A DNA stretch of 64,000 nt from Squalus acanthias (Eukaryota): the NCBI GenBank assembly GCA_030390025.1, contig CM059432.1:91452001-91516000 (forward strand), written 5' to 3'. The position numbers and the translations under genes were made by a program. Below are positions 23,140 to 35,895 of this stretch, piece after piece; within the stretch, counting starts at the first letter, position 1, and each line of letters opens with the position of its first letter. Under the pieces are notes generated by a model. That model searched no databases. It was not told the DNA's origin and was given only the letters and a program-made list of their open reading frames with translations.

Positions 23140-24410
23140 TGGTAACATTAAAGGGGGCTGTACTGGCAGTCGACCTCGCCCTCCAGGATCTACAGCGGAG
23201 GGAGCGTAGGCAGCGAGAAAGACTGGAGCATGTGCCCAGAGAGAAGAGGAGGGCCATCAGGGCTCTCAACAGGAGGCCTTACCCTCCGAGGGTATTCCGA
23301 CAGCACTTCTCCTACCTTCAATTAAGCGAGGAGCAGTGTATTAGAAGGCTTCGCTTCACCAAGGAGGTGGTCACAGAACTCTGCCACCTTCTGCAACCAG
23401 ACCTCCAGCCTTGTGGAGTTGAGGTCGATGATCAGCCATGATCTTATTGGATGGCGGAGCAGGCTCGAGGGGCCGTATGTCCTACTCCTGCTCTTATTTC
23501 TGTTCTCAGACCAGGGCAACCACGGCTCTCCCAGTGGCAGTCAACGTCACCTGTCGCCCTCAATTTCTTCACCAGTGGATCCTTCTAGTCTGCAACATGA
23601 GACATAGCTAACAGCTCACAGTTCGCCATCCATCGCTGCATCCGGGAGGTCACAGAGGCTCTCTATAGTAGAGAGAAGCAGGACGAGTGTGCATGTAGCT
23701 TTGCCAGGATAGCGGGATTCCCCATGGTGCAGGCGCCATCGACTGCACCCATGTGGCTTTGTGGGCACCGCATAAAAATCCTGAGATCTTCCGTAACCGC
23801 AAAGGCTACCACTCACTTAATGTGCAGTTGGTGTGCGACCATGCACAGCGAATCCTCATCGTCAATGCTCACTATCCTGGCAGCAGCCACGATGCCTTCA
23901 TCCTGCGCCAGCACTCTTCCAGCCACCACATCAAGTTCACGGCTGGCTGGTCGGAGACAAGGGCTATCCGCTCTCCAGCTGGCTCATGATTCCTCTCCGC
24001 AACCCCAACACTCCTGCCCAGCACTCATATAATGACAGCATGGTGCCACCAGGAACATCATCGAGCAGACCATTGGGCTACTGAAGCAAAAATTCCACTG
24101 CCTTGACTGATCGAGAGGAGCCCTCCATACTCGCTGAGAGTGTATCCCATTTTGTGGTGGTCTGTTGCATGCTCCACAACTTGGCCATAATGAGGGCCCA
24201 GCCCTTGCCAGCAGGGATTGCAGGACCACCTCAGGAGGAGGAAGAGGGAGAGGACAAGGAGGAGGAGGACAAGGAGGAAGAGGAAGACAAGGAGGACGAG
24301 GAGGAGGACGAGGAGTAGGAGGAACAGGAGCGAGGGAGGAGGCAGCCACACAATCGGCCTTCCGGAAGGATGGTCTTTGACTGCCTTATCAGACTACGGT
24401 TCAAATTAAT
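23140..24410 (+). pseudogene. Harbinger transposase pseudogene, interrupted by a CR1 3' tail (~23412-23505)
   Basis: RRPYPPRVFR, RLRFTKEVVTELCHLL, RNRKGYHSLNVQLVCD, GDKGY, CCMLHN in shifting frames. Confidence 0.9.
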
Positions 24411-24587
24411 TAAACACCAGATCCCCGTTGCTCACCACATCCCCATCATACCATCCCTGTCGCAGGCCATATCACAGCGCAAAGCTGAATTGAGACACAC
24501 CACAAAAGAATCCAAATGGAATTAATAAATTTATCAAAAATCATGAACACATATTTAGACCAAAAATATTAACTATTCAGCCTTGTG

Positions 24588-26009
24588 CTATCCCTTAGTG
24601 CCTGTCGTTACTGTGCCTTTGCCTACTCTAGTGCTCCTACGATGTGTTGGCCCAGTGGCTGCAGCAGGGCTGGTGAAAGGCTGCTGAGTTTCCGTGTGGA
24701 AGACTTCAGATGGCCTTGCAGGACGCCCTCGACCAGCTCTGGGCCTGGAAGGCCGGCTGTAGACCGCACCCTCCTCAGCATGGGCAGCAGCAGTCTGGGC
24801 TGGCTGGATGACAGGCAGCGAAAAGGGCAATGACGGAGTGGCAGTGGTGGGAGTAGGAATGCTGTCATCCTGAGAGAGGACAGCAGGTTCCTGCTCCACT
24901 GACCCACTGCCACTGCCCGGGGAAGCACCTCAGCATCCCTAGCAATCTGTTGCAGCACAGATTGCTGGCCTGCTGTGACACCGTGAAAGCCCCGGTCGAC
25001 GGTGGTAGGCCCAGCCACGATGGCAGCAGTCACAGTTTGTATGGCATCAAGCTGAGACTGCATGAGAGCAATCTGAGATTGAATGGTACAACCATAGACT
25101 GCATTACAGCACTAAGACATTGCATCACTTCCGCCTATGCTGCAATGGAAGCTGCCAGATCGCCCATCACACAGCGGCATCAGGTCTAGGTTGCCACGGT
25201 CTCTCTGGGAGTCTACCATCCTTTGCAGACTGGAAATGATGGGCTCCATGGTGTGCACAGAGCCTTGTGCAATGTTGGAGGCGGACTGCTCCATACTCCT
25301 TATCAGTGCCGAGAGGCTCTCGGGCACCCTCGCCATTGCACCTATCATCTCAGTATGCATGCCCATCACCCTTCTTCTAAAGGCCTCCCCATCGAGGTCC
25401 TCATCTGAGTCCTGTGCAGCAGAACTCGAGCACGAACTCGCCCTCCGGGGAGCTGGCCCCTGAGCTACCCTTTCCCGCTGCCCTTGCTGCAGACCAGTCA
25501 TTCCCGGTGCCTCACCCTGTGCAGATCCCACTACTATACTAGCCTCTAAAGAACAGCGTAGTGCCAGTATCTGAGCTGGTGCCTGTGGATGAGACATGCA
25601 GTGACGCGGTGTGTTCTTCCTCCTCCTCTTCTCCCTCCTTGCTCTCTATGATGTCCTCAGGGACAGGCTGCTCAGCTGCTTGCTCATTATCTGACAGCAT
25701 AAAGGCACAAGAGTCGGGTTAAGGTGAGGGGAGCGGGGCAGGAAGGGAGAAATGCATGCATACAGCATGATTAGCTGGAAAGTGTGAAACGCTTGTGGGG
25801 TGAGGGGGAAGTGGAACAGGAGAAGAAGGAGTAGGGATGAACATACCATTGTTGTCCCCAAGGGGGTCAACGTCGCTGCTGGCCACGGCGCCTACCAACT
25901 GGCGCCCAATGATTTGCAGCACATGATTCTCCAGCGCAAACAGTGGTTGGATGTCGGCTTGTCCCCTGCCTGTGCGCTCCTGCTCCCTCATATTGTGAGC
26001 CACCTTGGC
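24588..26009 (-). pseudogene. Harbinger Myb partner remnant (exon 2 26009-25847, exon 3 from 25690)
   Basis: AKVAHNMREQERTGRG; exon 2 is 163 nt as in element 15745-19902; C-terminal AGPSRPRAGRGRP-like segment. Confidence 0.8.
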
Positions 26010-26153
26010 CTGCAAGGGAAAGGAAAGTGTGTGAGTGAGTGTGAAGTAACATATCTTATAGTGAGTTGTGCTCCACGGGATTCCAAATGTTCGGAGCTCC
26101 CCCTATCTGCTGTCCACCTAGTGAGAACGCAACCTGCACTGTATAGGAGGCAA

Positions 26154-26484
26154 TAACAACAGAAAATGCTGGAAACACTCAGCAGGTCAGGCAGCATCGA
26201 GGAGAGAGCAACAGAGTCAACGTTTCGGGTCGAGGACCCTTCGTTAGAACTGGAAAAGGTTAGAGGAGAGGTTTTTAGGCAGGGGCAGGGAGGAGGGGAG
26301 GAAAGAACAAAGGGAAGGTCTGTGATTGGCTGGAAGGCAGGAGAGATTGACTGACAAAAGGGATGATGGTGCAAGGCAAAAAGAGAGGTAATGGGACAAG
26401 TTAAGAAACAAAAGATGACTCTAGATGAGTGGCAGAATCATCAACAGCTACCATGTGAGAAAACATTGTATTGTATTGTATTGT
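26154..26484 (-). mobile_element. Penelope-like 3' terminal fragment
   Basis: Same 3' end as 37638-38169 and 39255-42545; 16-bp TSD ACTGTATAGGAGGCAA (26138-26153, 26485-26500). Confidence 0.85.
26215..26251 (-). ncRNA. Hammerhead motif with a core mutation (CTAACGA)
   Basis: AGTT-CTAACGA-A-GGGTC ctc GACCC-GAAA-CG-TT-GACT. Confidence 0.6.
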
Positions 26485-27166
26485 ACTGTATAGGAGGCAA
26501 GCAGGGTCTCTGGAGTCAAGGTGGCTCCAAGATAACAACCCTGGAAACAAAAGATCAGAAACAAGTCAACTCTCGGTGGCAGGCTCAGTAATCCAATACC
26601 TGAACCAGGTAAGTCCACAATCCTCCAAGACACCATCAATGATTGACCAACCAGCTGGGCTCATTAATGGAACTTGGATGGGTAGAAACATCAATGGGGG
26701 CCAGAATTCTTCCCAGTCAGCTCCAGAAAACCCTGCAAGTATGTCTCAAAGGGCAAGGTGCTCTAGCTGCACAAGCAGCGAGAAGCAGCTCAGTTAAATT
26801 TTAGCTTGTTAAACTCCAGCAGTCGCCAAACCTTGGCACCGCCATCCAGCACCTACGTTCCCTAGATTTGGCGAAGTGGGATGTGACCTTAGGGGGAGAG
26901 TGTGTGCACTCCATGGGGGCTAAATCTGATAGCCCCCGAAAACGGCCGTGGGAATCGCGATGTGCAATTAACTCGTACCCGTTCAACGTGATGCAAGCAG
27001 CACTGTTGATTGGCTGCACACATCAGCAGGGGGCACAACATCATGAGAGGCTAGCACCAGTTAAATCTAGCCTGCACTACTTAAAGCCAGCCTGCACCTC
27101 TTAAAGAGGAGGTGCATTGTGGCTGGAGCAGGTGCTGGAAGTTTCTGACCTGGGAAACACTCAATA

Positions 27167-29080
27167 ATGGCACAACATGGGAGAGAGCTTGCTCCAAGGT
27201 TTTCCGACACTGCAATGGAGGCCTTGGTGGAGGAGGTGGAAAGGAGGAGAGCTGTGCTGTATCCACAGGGGACCCTCCAAACACACGCTTAGAAGGCAGT
27301 GGGAGCAGATAGCCATGGAGTCCAGGAGTCATGCCGAGGACCTGGATCAGTGCCATAAGAAGTTCAATGACCTCACACGAGTGGTCAAGGTCAGTGAATG
27401 CATCTTCAAATCCCGTATCCTACCAAATATATCACTAATTTCAGCCATTGCTCAATGTACCACACCCCCATCACTCACCTACCAACAATCGCTATCATTC
27501 AGGACTCATACCTAATATTCATAGCTTCACCTCACCCTCACACACTTAGCACTGCTGCAAGCCTCACACTCACATCTCACAGCTTGCACACACTGCCAGC
27601 TATTCAACCATGACAACCACATCACCCGAACACATCGCACCAAACTCACTGACACACTTCCCTCTCTCTTGCAGGATAAGGTGGCGCACAACTGGAGGCA
27701 GCAGGAGCTAATCGGCAGGGGACAGGTGCGTCTGCCAATGTTCCCTTTAAGCTGCGTGGCCACACGGCCGGGCAGCATGCTGCAGCTCCTGCGGAGCCAA
27801 CTCACCAGCTTTTAATTAGGAAAAACTGTGCATCCGCGGTATTTTGAATGGGCCGCGCAGCCCCTTAAAGGGACTGCGCACCCAAAAAAAATTAAAGGGA
27901 ACATTGGCGCCTGCATCTCCTAACTCACATGGAGGAGAGGGTGCTGGCCATTATTGGGAGGGCCATTGCTGAGGCCATGGCCAGCAGCGGGTCTGAAACC
28001 ATAGAAGATGACGGTATCCTCATACCTAATCCTCCTTCTCACATCCCACTTCCCCCTCATCCCACAATCACTTCTGATTTACAAGCTGCAGATGGTGTAA
28101 GCATACACCTCCTGTTTTCCCCTCCCTCCCCTCACCACAACCTTACCCTTGCACCTTTCTCCTTTCAGATACCCAAGAACTGCAGCCTGGCCAGGCAGTG
28201 GTGGAACAGCAGGAAGATAGTGACGATAAAGACATAACGTCACTTGATTTCACACTTGCAGCCACCAGCTCAGATACTGCTATTGCGCGTAATTTAGAGG
28301 ATAGCATAGAGGCGGGACATGCACGTGGCGGGTCACCGGGCCCGAGTGGCCTGCAGCCTGGACAGGGGGCAAAGAAAGTGCAGGTGCCAGTTCGCCCGAG
28401 GGCGAGAACGCACACAAGTTCTGCTGCAGAGGACTCAGATGAGCATTTCGATGGGTCAGGCTACAGAAGAACGCTGATGGCTATGCACAATGAAATGCTT
28501 GGTGCATTGGGAAGCCTGCCAGAAAGCCTGCGTGCAATGTCAAGGTGCGTGGAGCAGTCTGACACAGGGTTTTGCGCAGAGCTTGGAGCCCATCCTTTCC
28601 AGCATGGAAGTGATGGCCAACTCCATTAGCACACTTGTGGACCTAACCATGATGCAGCATCTGATGACAGATATCTCATCTTCCATTGCAGCACGAGCAG
28701 CAGCCACCCAACGTCTGAGTGCTACAGTGGAAGCTCAGACTGCTGTCATGGCTCTGGATTCCAGTGTTCAAAGGGGGCTTGCAGGGTATCACAGCAGTCC
28801 AGCAATCAGTCCTCTAACAGATTACTAGGATTGCTGAGGCGCTGCCCTAGGTGAGTGGTAGTGGCTCTGTGGAGCACGAACCTGCTGTCCTCTCTCAGGG
28901 TGACAGCATTCATACTCCCACCACTGCCACTCCACCAATACCTTTGCTATTGCCTGTCAGCCAGCCAGCCTAGACTGCTGCTGCTATGCAGAGATGGTGC
29001 AGGGCCTCCTAGACCCAGAATTGCTCGAGGTCGTCCTTCACGGCCATCTGCAATCTCCCCCACTGAAAGTCAGCAGCCAC
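27167..29080 (+). pseudogene. Harbinger Myb partner pseudogene (exons 27167-27389, 27675-28013, 28169-~29080)
   Basis: MAQHGRELAPRFSDTAMEALVEEVERRR...QCHKKFNDLTRVVK|DKVAHNWRQQ; GT-AG introns; frameshifts and a hAT insertion. Confidence 0.85.
27736..27906. mobile_element. hAT-type MITE (171 bp)
   Basis: 15-bp perfect TIR CAATGTTCCCTTTAA; 8-bp TSD GCGTCTGC/GCGCCTGC. Confidence 0.9.
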
Positions 29081-30047
29081 CACAAATCTTGACACCCGCT
29101 CTGTGAGTACTGCTGGGCTCCTCCAGAGTGGTCCAGGCAGCTGAAGCATTGTTTCAGAACATCATAGTCTGCTCCATCACATTTCATGTGGCAGCATGGC
29201 TTTCATTGTATGCATGCTGCCCAAGTGTCCGTGGGTTGCGCACTGGTATCATGAGCCAAGATGTCAGCGGATAGCCCTTGTCCCCCAGTAGCCAGCCTTT
29301 GGTTTGCTGTGGTGGCTCAAATGCAGATGGCACAGCGGACTGCCGCAGAGTGAAGGCATCATGACTGCTGCCAGGATACCGGGCATTGACCTGCATGACT
29401 CAGTGCCTATGGTCGCACAGCAGATGGACTATGAGGGAGTGGAATCCCTTTTGGTTCCGGTACATGGCAGAGTTGACATGCAGGCACCCGCAAAGCGATG
29501 TGTGTGCAGTCAATGGCACCCTGCACCATGGGAAAACCTGCAAACCTTGCGAAGCAGCGTGCTCGCTCCGCCTGCTGCTCTCTGGCGAGAGAGAATGAAA
29601 TATATTCAGCTCTCTTTGAATAGAAAGCGGCAGTGACCTCCCTTACGCAACACTTGATGGCAAACTGTGAGATGTTGCCAATATATCCAGTTCCAGGGTG
29701 GAAGGAACCCGACGCGTAAAAATTCATCACCACGGTCACCTTCACAGCCACTGGCAATGCGGTCCTTGTCCTGTTGCAATTGTAGCTGCAGCAGGTGGCA
29801 GATTTCAGTGAGGACATCCTTACTGAAGCACAGACGTCTCACACGTTGTTCCTTGCTGAGGTTCAGGTCGGAGAATTGCTCCCTGAACACCCTGGACGGA
29901 TATGACCTCTTGCTGAGAGCCCTTCTCCTTCTCCTTCTCCTTCTCCTCCTCCTCCCTCTTCCAGCAGCTTGTCCTGCTCTGCGTGGCCTCTGTTCATTCT
30001 CCAAGTCTTGCTGTCCTCCAAGGGGAATTCCTACTAGTGCACCCATG
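29080..30047 (-). pseudogene. Harbinger transposase pseudogene
   Basis: MGALVG...YPSRVFREQ, FYASGSF, GFPMVQGAIDCTH, PGSSHDAF, LLGDKGY, YNESH in shifting frames. Confidence 0.9.
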
Positions 30048-30220
30048 GCTGGTAACAAGTGGTTTGTGCAGAAGCCTTGAAGTCAGGAAAAAGTCTTTCA
30101 GCACCTGCCACACCACTCCCTGTCGACTTTAGCAACTTTAAACAACTATAGAAAACACCAAACACTTGCAGACATGTACCAACAGCCAGAAGAAATCAAC
30201 CAGCAACTAACCTGTAAGTA

Positions 30221-30672
30221 AAAAAAAAGAAAGACTTGAATTTATATCGCACCTTTCATGACCACTGGACGTCTCAAAGCACTTTACAGCCAACGAAGTA
30301 CTTTTTGAAGTGTAGTCACTGTTTCATTGTAGGAAACGCGGTATTCAATTTGCACACAGCACATCCCACAAACGGCAATGTGATAATGACCAGATATTCT
30401 TATTTTGTTATGTTGATTGAGGGATAAATATTGTCTGGGGCACTCCTCTGCTCTTCTTCGAAATAGTGCCATAGGAGCTTTTATGTCCACCTGAGAGAGC
30501 AGACGGGGCCTCGGTTTAACGTCTCATCTGAAAGACAGCACCTCTGACAGTGCAGCACTCCCTCAGTACTGCACTGGAGTGTCAGCCTAGATTTTTGAGC
30601 TCAAGTCTCTGGAGTGGAACTTGAACCCACAACCTTCTGACTCAGAGGTGAGGGTGCTACCAACTGAGCACT
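30221..30672 (-). mobile_element. tRNA-derived Deu-domain SINE (SacSINE1-like)
   Basis: Reverse complement of the SINE at 42885-43349; (TCTT)n tail. Confidence 0.85.
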
Positions 30673-31085
30673 GCGGGGGTGGTTCTTCCTGCTGCTGAAC
30701 GCGTGTTCAGCTGTGCGAGTTTAAGAGAGGGCGTTAGCTGGAGCGTTGAGCTCCAAAATGGCAGCGCTGGCATCAAATCAGCGTTGCACGCTGATTGACG
30801 CCATGATGTGCCTGCTCTGCATCATTCTGGCGGGCGTTCACTGCACGCTCGCTAATGCCCTCACCAATATGCCGCTGGGCGCAATTCACCATGGACGCCA
30901 TTTTTGGACCTTTAACGGCACTCGTAGCGCTCTTAATCTGAATTTTGTGCCGCATATTTCTTTGTAGCCTAATTTGGAGATTCTTAAACATGCTGATGGG
31001 CTTCGGAGCATCAGAAACCCAGCTGGCCAAAACAAACCACCAAAAGAAAATAATTATCTCTACACTTTGGCTAGACTAGACCTAG

Positions 31086-31545
31086 TGTCAGCTGTGGCTC
31101 AGTTGGTAGCACACTTTGCCTCTGAGTCAGAAGGTTGTGGGTTTCAGTTCCACTCCAGAGACTTGAGCACATAAAGCTAGGCTGACACTCCAGTGTAGTG
31201 CTGAGGGAGTGCTGCACCGTCAGAGGTGCCATCTTTTGGATGAGACGTTAAACTCTGCTCTCTCAGGTGGATGTAAAAGATCCCATGGCACTATTTTGAA
31301 GAAGAACAGGGGAGTTATCCCCAGTGTCCTGGCCAATATTTATCCCTCAATTAACATAACAAAAACAGATTATCTGGTCATTAGCACATTGCTGTTTGTG
31401 GGACCTTGCTGTGCGCAAATTGGCTGCCGCGTTTCCCACATTACAACAGTGACTACACTCCAAAAAAGTATTTCATTGGCTGTAAAGCGCTTTGAGACGT
31501 CTGGTGGTCATGAAAGGCGTTATATAAATGCAAGTCTTTCTTTCT
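31086..31545 (+). mobile_element. tRNA-derived Deu-domain SINE (SacSINE1-like)
   Basis: Pol III A box TGGCTCAGTTGG; Deu-like core (GATGAGACGTTAAA...AAAGATCCCATGGCACT...GTGTCCTGGCCAA); L2-like tail. Confidence 0.88.
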
Positions 31546-32107
31546 AATATAACATTTAAGGGTTACTTTTAAGATACAAGACATGTCAGCTAACAAAGCA
31601 TTATTATGGGGACGGCACTGAGCAGTAAAGTTGCAAAATAATATTAAATAAAAACAGAAAATGCTGGAAATAATATTGTATGTTTGAAAAGAAAATCCGT
31701 GCCCATTTTAACTTGATGCAGAGTTTTTGCAAATTGTCCTGTTCGCACAGAAGAACGGCCAAGCAGACAAGAAAGGTGTTAATTCGTTAAGCTGTATTTA
31801 ATAAAGTGAAACATTCCCTAATAATTAACAGTCTATGAAATCTTTGGTTGATTTTATCTCACACATTCTCTTCCTTCTTGGAAACCAATCTCTATTCTTC
31901 CAACAAAGTATAACAGATTTCACACGGCCGATCGCATTAGCAAAAGAGAGCAATCATTTCGATGTGCAAAAGCATGTCATCGCCATAAATACGTGATTAC
32001 AAAACTGGAAAAAAAAGACAGAGTAAATTAAAAGTGGGATCGTATCACGAATCCGTGGGGACTTTTGCAGATATCCAAGGATAAAGAGTTTAATTCTGTT
32101 CTGTAAA

Positions 32108-32324
32108 ATGAGGAAACCCCACTGTCTGGGAGGAGTGGTTGCATCCCACATGATGTCATGCAGAAAGCCAGCTGCCAAGCACAGGTTCGCGGTATCACCA
32201 TACAGGGCAAGGGAGCTGGAACAGTGGAGCTGGAATAGCAGAGCATCTAACCAGCTGACTGTTAGGTCAACAAAATATCCGGAATGGTTTAATCCATATG
32301 CCTATTTAACCTTTTCAAAGAGGG
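32108..32324 (+). other. Candidate exon in a repeat-free island
   Basis: ATG-initiated 72-codon open frame ending at a consensus donor GGG|gtaagt; product not recognised. Confidence 0.25.
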
Positions 32325-33022
32325 GTAAGTGAGTTTGTACTTTTTTAAACAAACATTTTTTCTTTCACAAACTGAATGCAAATACTTTAAACGGTAATTA
32401 AACTGTGATAATTCAGTGCTTGCCTTACATTTAGTAATTATTTCCTGTTTTGAAAAGGACATCGTTAGACAATGCCATTGGAATTTGGGGAAAAATAAAA
32501 GGCGTGGTTTTGCAGCAAAACATCTGGTGGGCAGGCTATTGTTTCAGAACACAAAGAGTGTCGAAGAAGTGATCTGGGATTAGGCATTTTAGCATTCTCT
32601 ACAGAAAAGCTTCTTTACCGTGGGGAGCTGGGGCGCTTGCATGTCACAAGGTTTCAGTGTGTCCCTTGGATGTATTTCTTTTTATTGTAATGTCAGATTT
32701 CTAGGAGTGTAAACCTACCAAGATGGATAGAACACATTTGATGTTGCCATGTTTTGTCATTCTTGAACAGAAATATTGAGCCACACAAAGCAGACTATTG
32801 TGCCAAGTGAGCCAGACATACATCCTAATTGAAAGTGTTATAGGGTTTATACCATGTGTGTTCTGGCTTGGGGCAATGGCACAACTGTTAATTGTCAAAT
32901 TGGTGGGAACTACTCTGCCGAATATATACATATGTTGCTATGATGTTGATTTGTATTTTAAAATTTTCAGTAAAAAAATAAAAATAATCTTTAAAATGTG
33001 AATGATCCCTGTTGGCTATATA

Positions 33023-33402
33023 TGTAGCAATAATACAATTAGTGGTACTGTACAAGACTCTCAATTGGATTGTTCTGGAAATAACTTGTGATTTAGTGGA
33101 CTTCCATAACTGGTGAGTGATAAAATCCTTGGTTAGTTATGCTGCAGGGTTAAGCTACCAATAGATGTCACATGTCTTCTACAAATGTTTGAACCAGTGA
33201 TTAGTTTGCTGAATACCTAATTGGTCTCCTTTATGTTTACTCCATGGTAAAACAGATGTACACAGTAGTTCCTGAATGTAAATGATTATCACTATACATA
33301 GAAATATTCCTCAGCTGACTACCCAGATTAAATCACCATGTTATTTCCAGAACAATCTAATTGAAGGCCATGTACAGTAGTGCTAATTATATTATCATTA
33401 CA
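33023..33402. mobile_element. Old palindromic DNA-transposon-like element
   Basis: ~75-bp imperfect terminal inverted repeats (…caattagtggtactgtaca…caattggattgttctggaaataac / gttatttccagaacaatctaattg…tgtacagtagtgctaatt). Confidence 0.7.
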
Positions 33403-33561
33403 AAATAATTAAACTGTTTATTTGTAAGAACATATAAGAAATCAAAGCCTTACTTGATTTAGGAGCACCATGGATATAGGGGCTCTACCTGAGGACTGGA
33501 GAATATCAAATGTTACTCCAGTATTTCAAAAAGGAATGAGATGTTAATCAGGGAATTATAG

Positions 33562-34010
33562 GAACATATGAACAGGAGTAGGCCATTCAGCCCCTCAGGC
33601 CTGCTTTGCCATTCAATTAGATCATGGCTGATCTGTACCTTAGCTCCATGTACCTGCCTTAGCTCCATATCCCTTAATACACTAATCGAACTAAAATCTA
33701 TCAATCTCAGTCTTGAAAGCTCTAATTGTCCCAGCATCCACAGCCTTTTGGGGCAAAGAGTTCCAGATTTCTACTAGCCTATGTGTGGAAAATTGCTTCC
33801 TGATTTCCCTCCTAAATGGTCTAGTTCTCATTTTATGATTATGTCCCCTCGTTCTTGATTCTCCCTTCAGAGGAAATGGTTCCTCTATCTACCATATTGA
33901 ATCTTTTTAACATTTTAAACACCTCGATCAGATCACCCTCAATCTTCTATACTCAAGGGAATACAAGCCAAGTTTATGCAACCTATTCTCATTATTTAAC
34001 CCTCTAAGAC
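33562..34010 (-). mobile_element. CR1 3' fragment
   Basis: ggagtaggccattcagccc 3' UTR plus decayed ORF2 end. Confidence 0.8.
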
Positions 34011-35895
34011 ATGTATCATTATGGACCAGTTTTTCTCATTACTGGGAAAGATGCTTGGTTTTTATTGCATATTATTAATATTTATTTTAAGATCATGGAG
34101 GCCAGAGAGCATAGTCAATGTAGTTTCAGAAGTGAAAGGGCAAGCCTCACAAATTTTCTGGAATTATTTGTGGAGGCAGTTAAATTAGTATAGGCAGATA
34201 TCGAGTAAATTAATTTACTTGCATTTTCAGAACATGTTTGATAACATTTTAAAGATATTAAAAAAATCTTTCATTTGTATAATGAAAAAAGTGGTTTGTG
34301 TATGTTGACTTACATTTTGAAGTGCAGTGACTATTTTGCAGGCAGATGCCTACTGCAAAATTCTAGTAATCTGATACATGACCTGTTAATCTGCCTTTGC
34401 TGGTACTCTGTGAGGGAGGGATGTTGGCCAGGACACAATGAGGAATCCCCCTTTGAATAGTGTCAAGGGATCTTGATGTTTAACTGAACCATTAGAACAA
34501 ATAAGCTCAGCCACAGTTTGATGTCTCATCCAAAGGACAAGTGAAAAAAGTTTAGGGCTAAATAAATTAATGGTAAATGACAAATGTAAAGGCTAGTTTT
34601 GGGCAGTGACTATTAGAGTTCCAGAGGGAACTATTCTAAATCCCCAGGTATCAAAGTGATGTGGAGAAGAGTATGTTTACTAATATTATTTATGCTTAGT
34701 GTCAATATTATGCTTAGTGTTTTTTGAAGATGAATAAGTGAAAGGTATTTCCAGTATAATGTATTTGCTGATTAGACCAAACTATGTGAGGGAGGTTAAT
34801 ACATTCAAAAAGTTTAAAGGAAAAGCTAAAAAATGGTCAATAGATTTCAGCATGCATATATTAAAGGTAATTTATGTTTAAGCAAGGAGCATGAAACTTA
34901 GATACATATTAGCAAAAGTGGAAAAAGAAAATACATTTTGTAATATTTAGTGTATTCAATTAATATGAAGCAGTTGACAACAAGGTTAATCAAGCATTGA
35001 TTGATAACATTTGATTATAATTTGATAGTAGTTATTTTAACCCTGTGCAGCTCATTAGCTACGCCATATTTAGAATAATGTGTGCAATTTTGGGCACCTA
35101 CCTTATCATGTATTGTATAGAGTTTGGACTCGGGATTTAATGTTATGCAGTGGTGAGATTTACAGCCTGGCCTTTCATTGGAGAAGAGAAGACTGAAAGG
35201 AGATATGATTCAGGTTTTTGTCATGTTGATGGACATAAATAATTTAGATACAACCAAACTGTTTAGCTTGGAGTACAGAACTTAAAAGGCCTCAAGTACA
35301 ATGTAAACAAGCCTCAAGTGATACCGGAGGTTGGAAGAAACTCCTCCTAAACATACACGACTACTAATAAAAGGAGTAATTTCTTTGTTTAAATATTTTT
35401 TTTTAATTAAACAGTCGGGTATGTATTTAGCTAAGAATGGAACAGAAGATTACAGGATAGAATGAAATGTTCAAGAACAGCAGACATCAATGTTTCTTGT
35501 GCTGCTGGGATGACAGATGAGTCATCTGTAACATGCAACTGGCCAGAGTTGAATACCGTGGGCAGGAAGAATTGAATACTATCTCAGAAGTTTCCTTGAC
35601 TATCTTTGAAGATCAGGAAGAAATTTTACAAAACTTTAACTTTTTTAATGTTTGTCACCTCCCTCAGAATGTTGAGTAAGTTGAACAAATGTCTTGACAG
35701 GGCAAATTATACATAGTCTGTGGATAAATGGCTTTTTCTGATTCAGTGCTTTCTATGTCTTTATCTTAACAATATTTAATAATTCTACATCAGCTTTTGC
35801 TGATGACCTATTTGACATGGAGTTAAAAGCATTACATTTAAGGCTGTAATACACATCAACATCTGAAGTGCATCAATATGTTTTATACAGTACAT

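Larger units (their letters stand above)
22641..26070 (+). mobile_element. Decayed two-gene Harbinger, right end missing
   Basis: Left end AGGGGAAAAATTC; transposase pseudogene (+) and Myb partner exons 2-3 (-); exon 1 and right TIR not found. Confidence 0.85.
26915..30952 (-). mobile_element. Decayed two-gene Harbinger in opposite orientation, with central deletion
   Basis: Degenerate ends GGGGGCTAAATC / AATTTTGTGCCG with possible TSD CAT (26912-26914, 30953-30955); Myb gene (+) and transposase (-) fused at ~29080. Confidence 0.8.

Noticed and set aside
31086..31165. tRNA genes (also 42885-42960, ~30600-30672, ~51010-51079)
   Set aside because: tRNA-derived SINE heads continuing into Deu cores and L2-like tails
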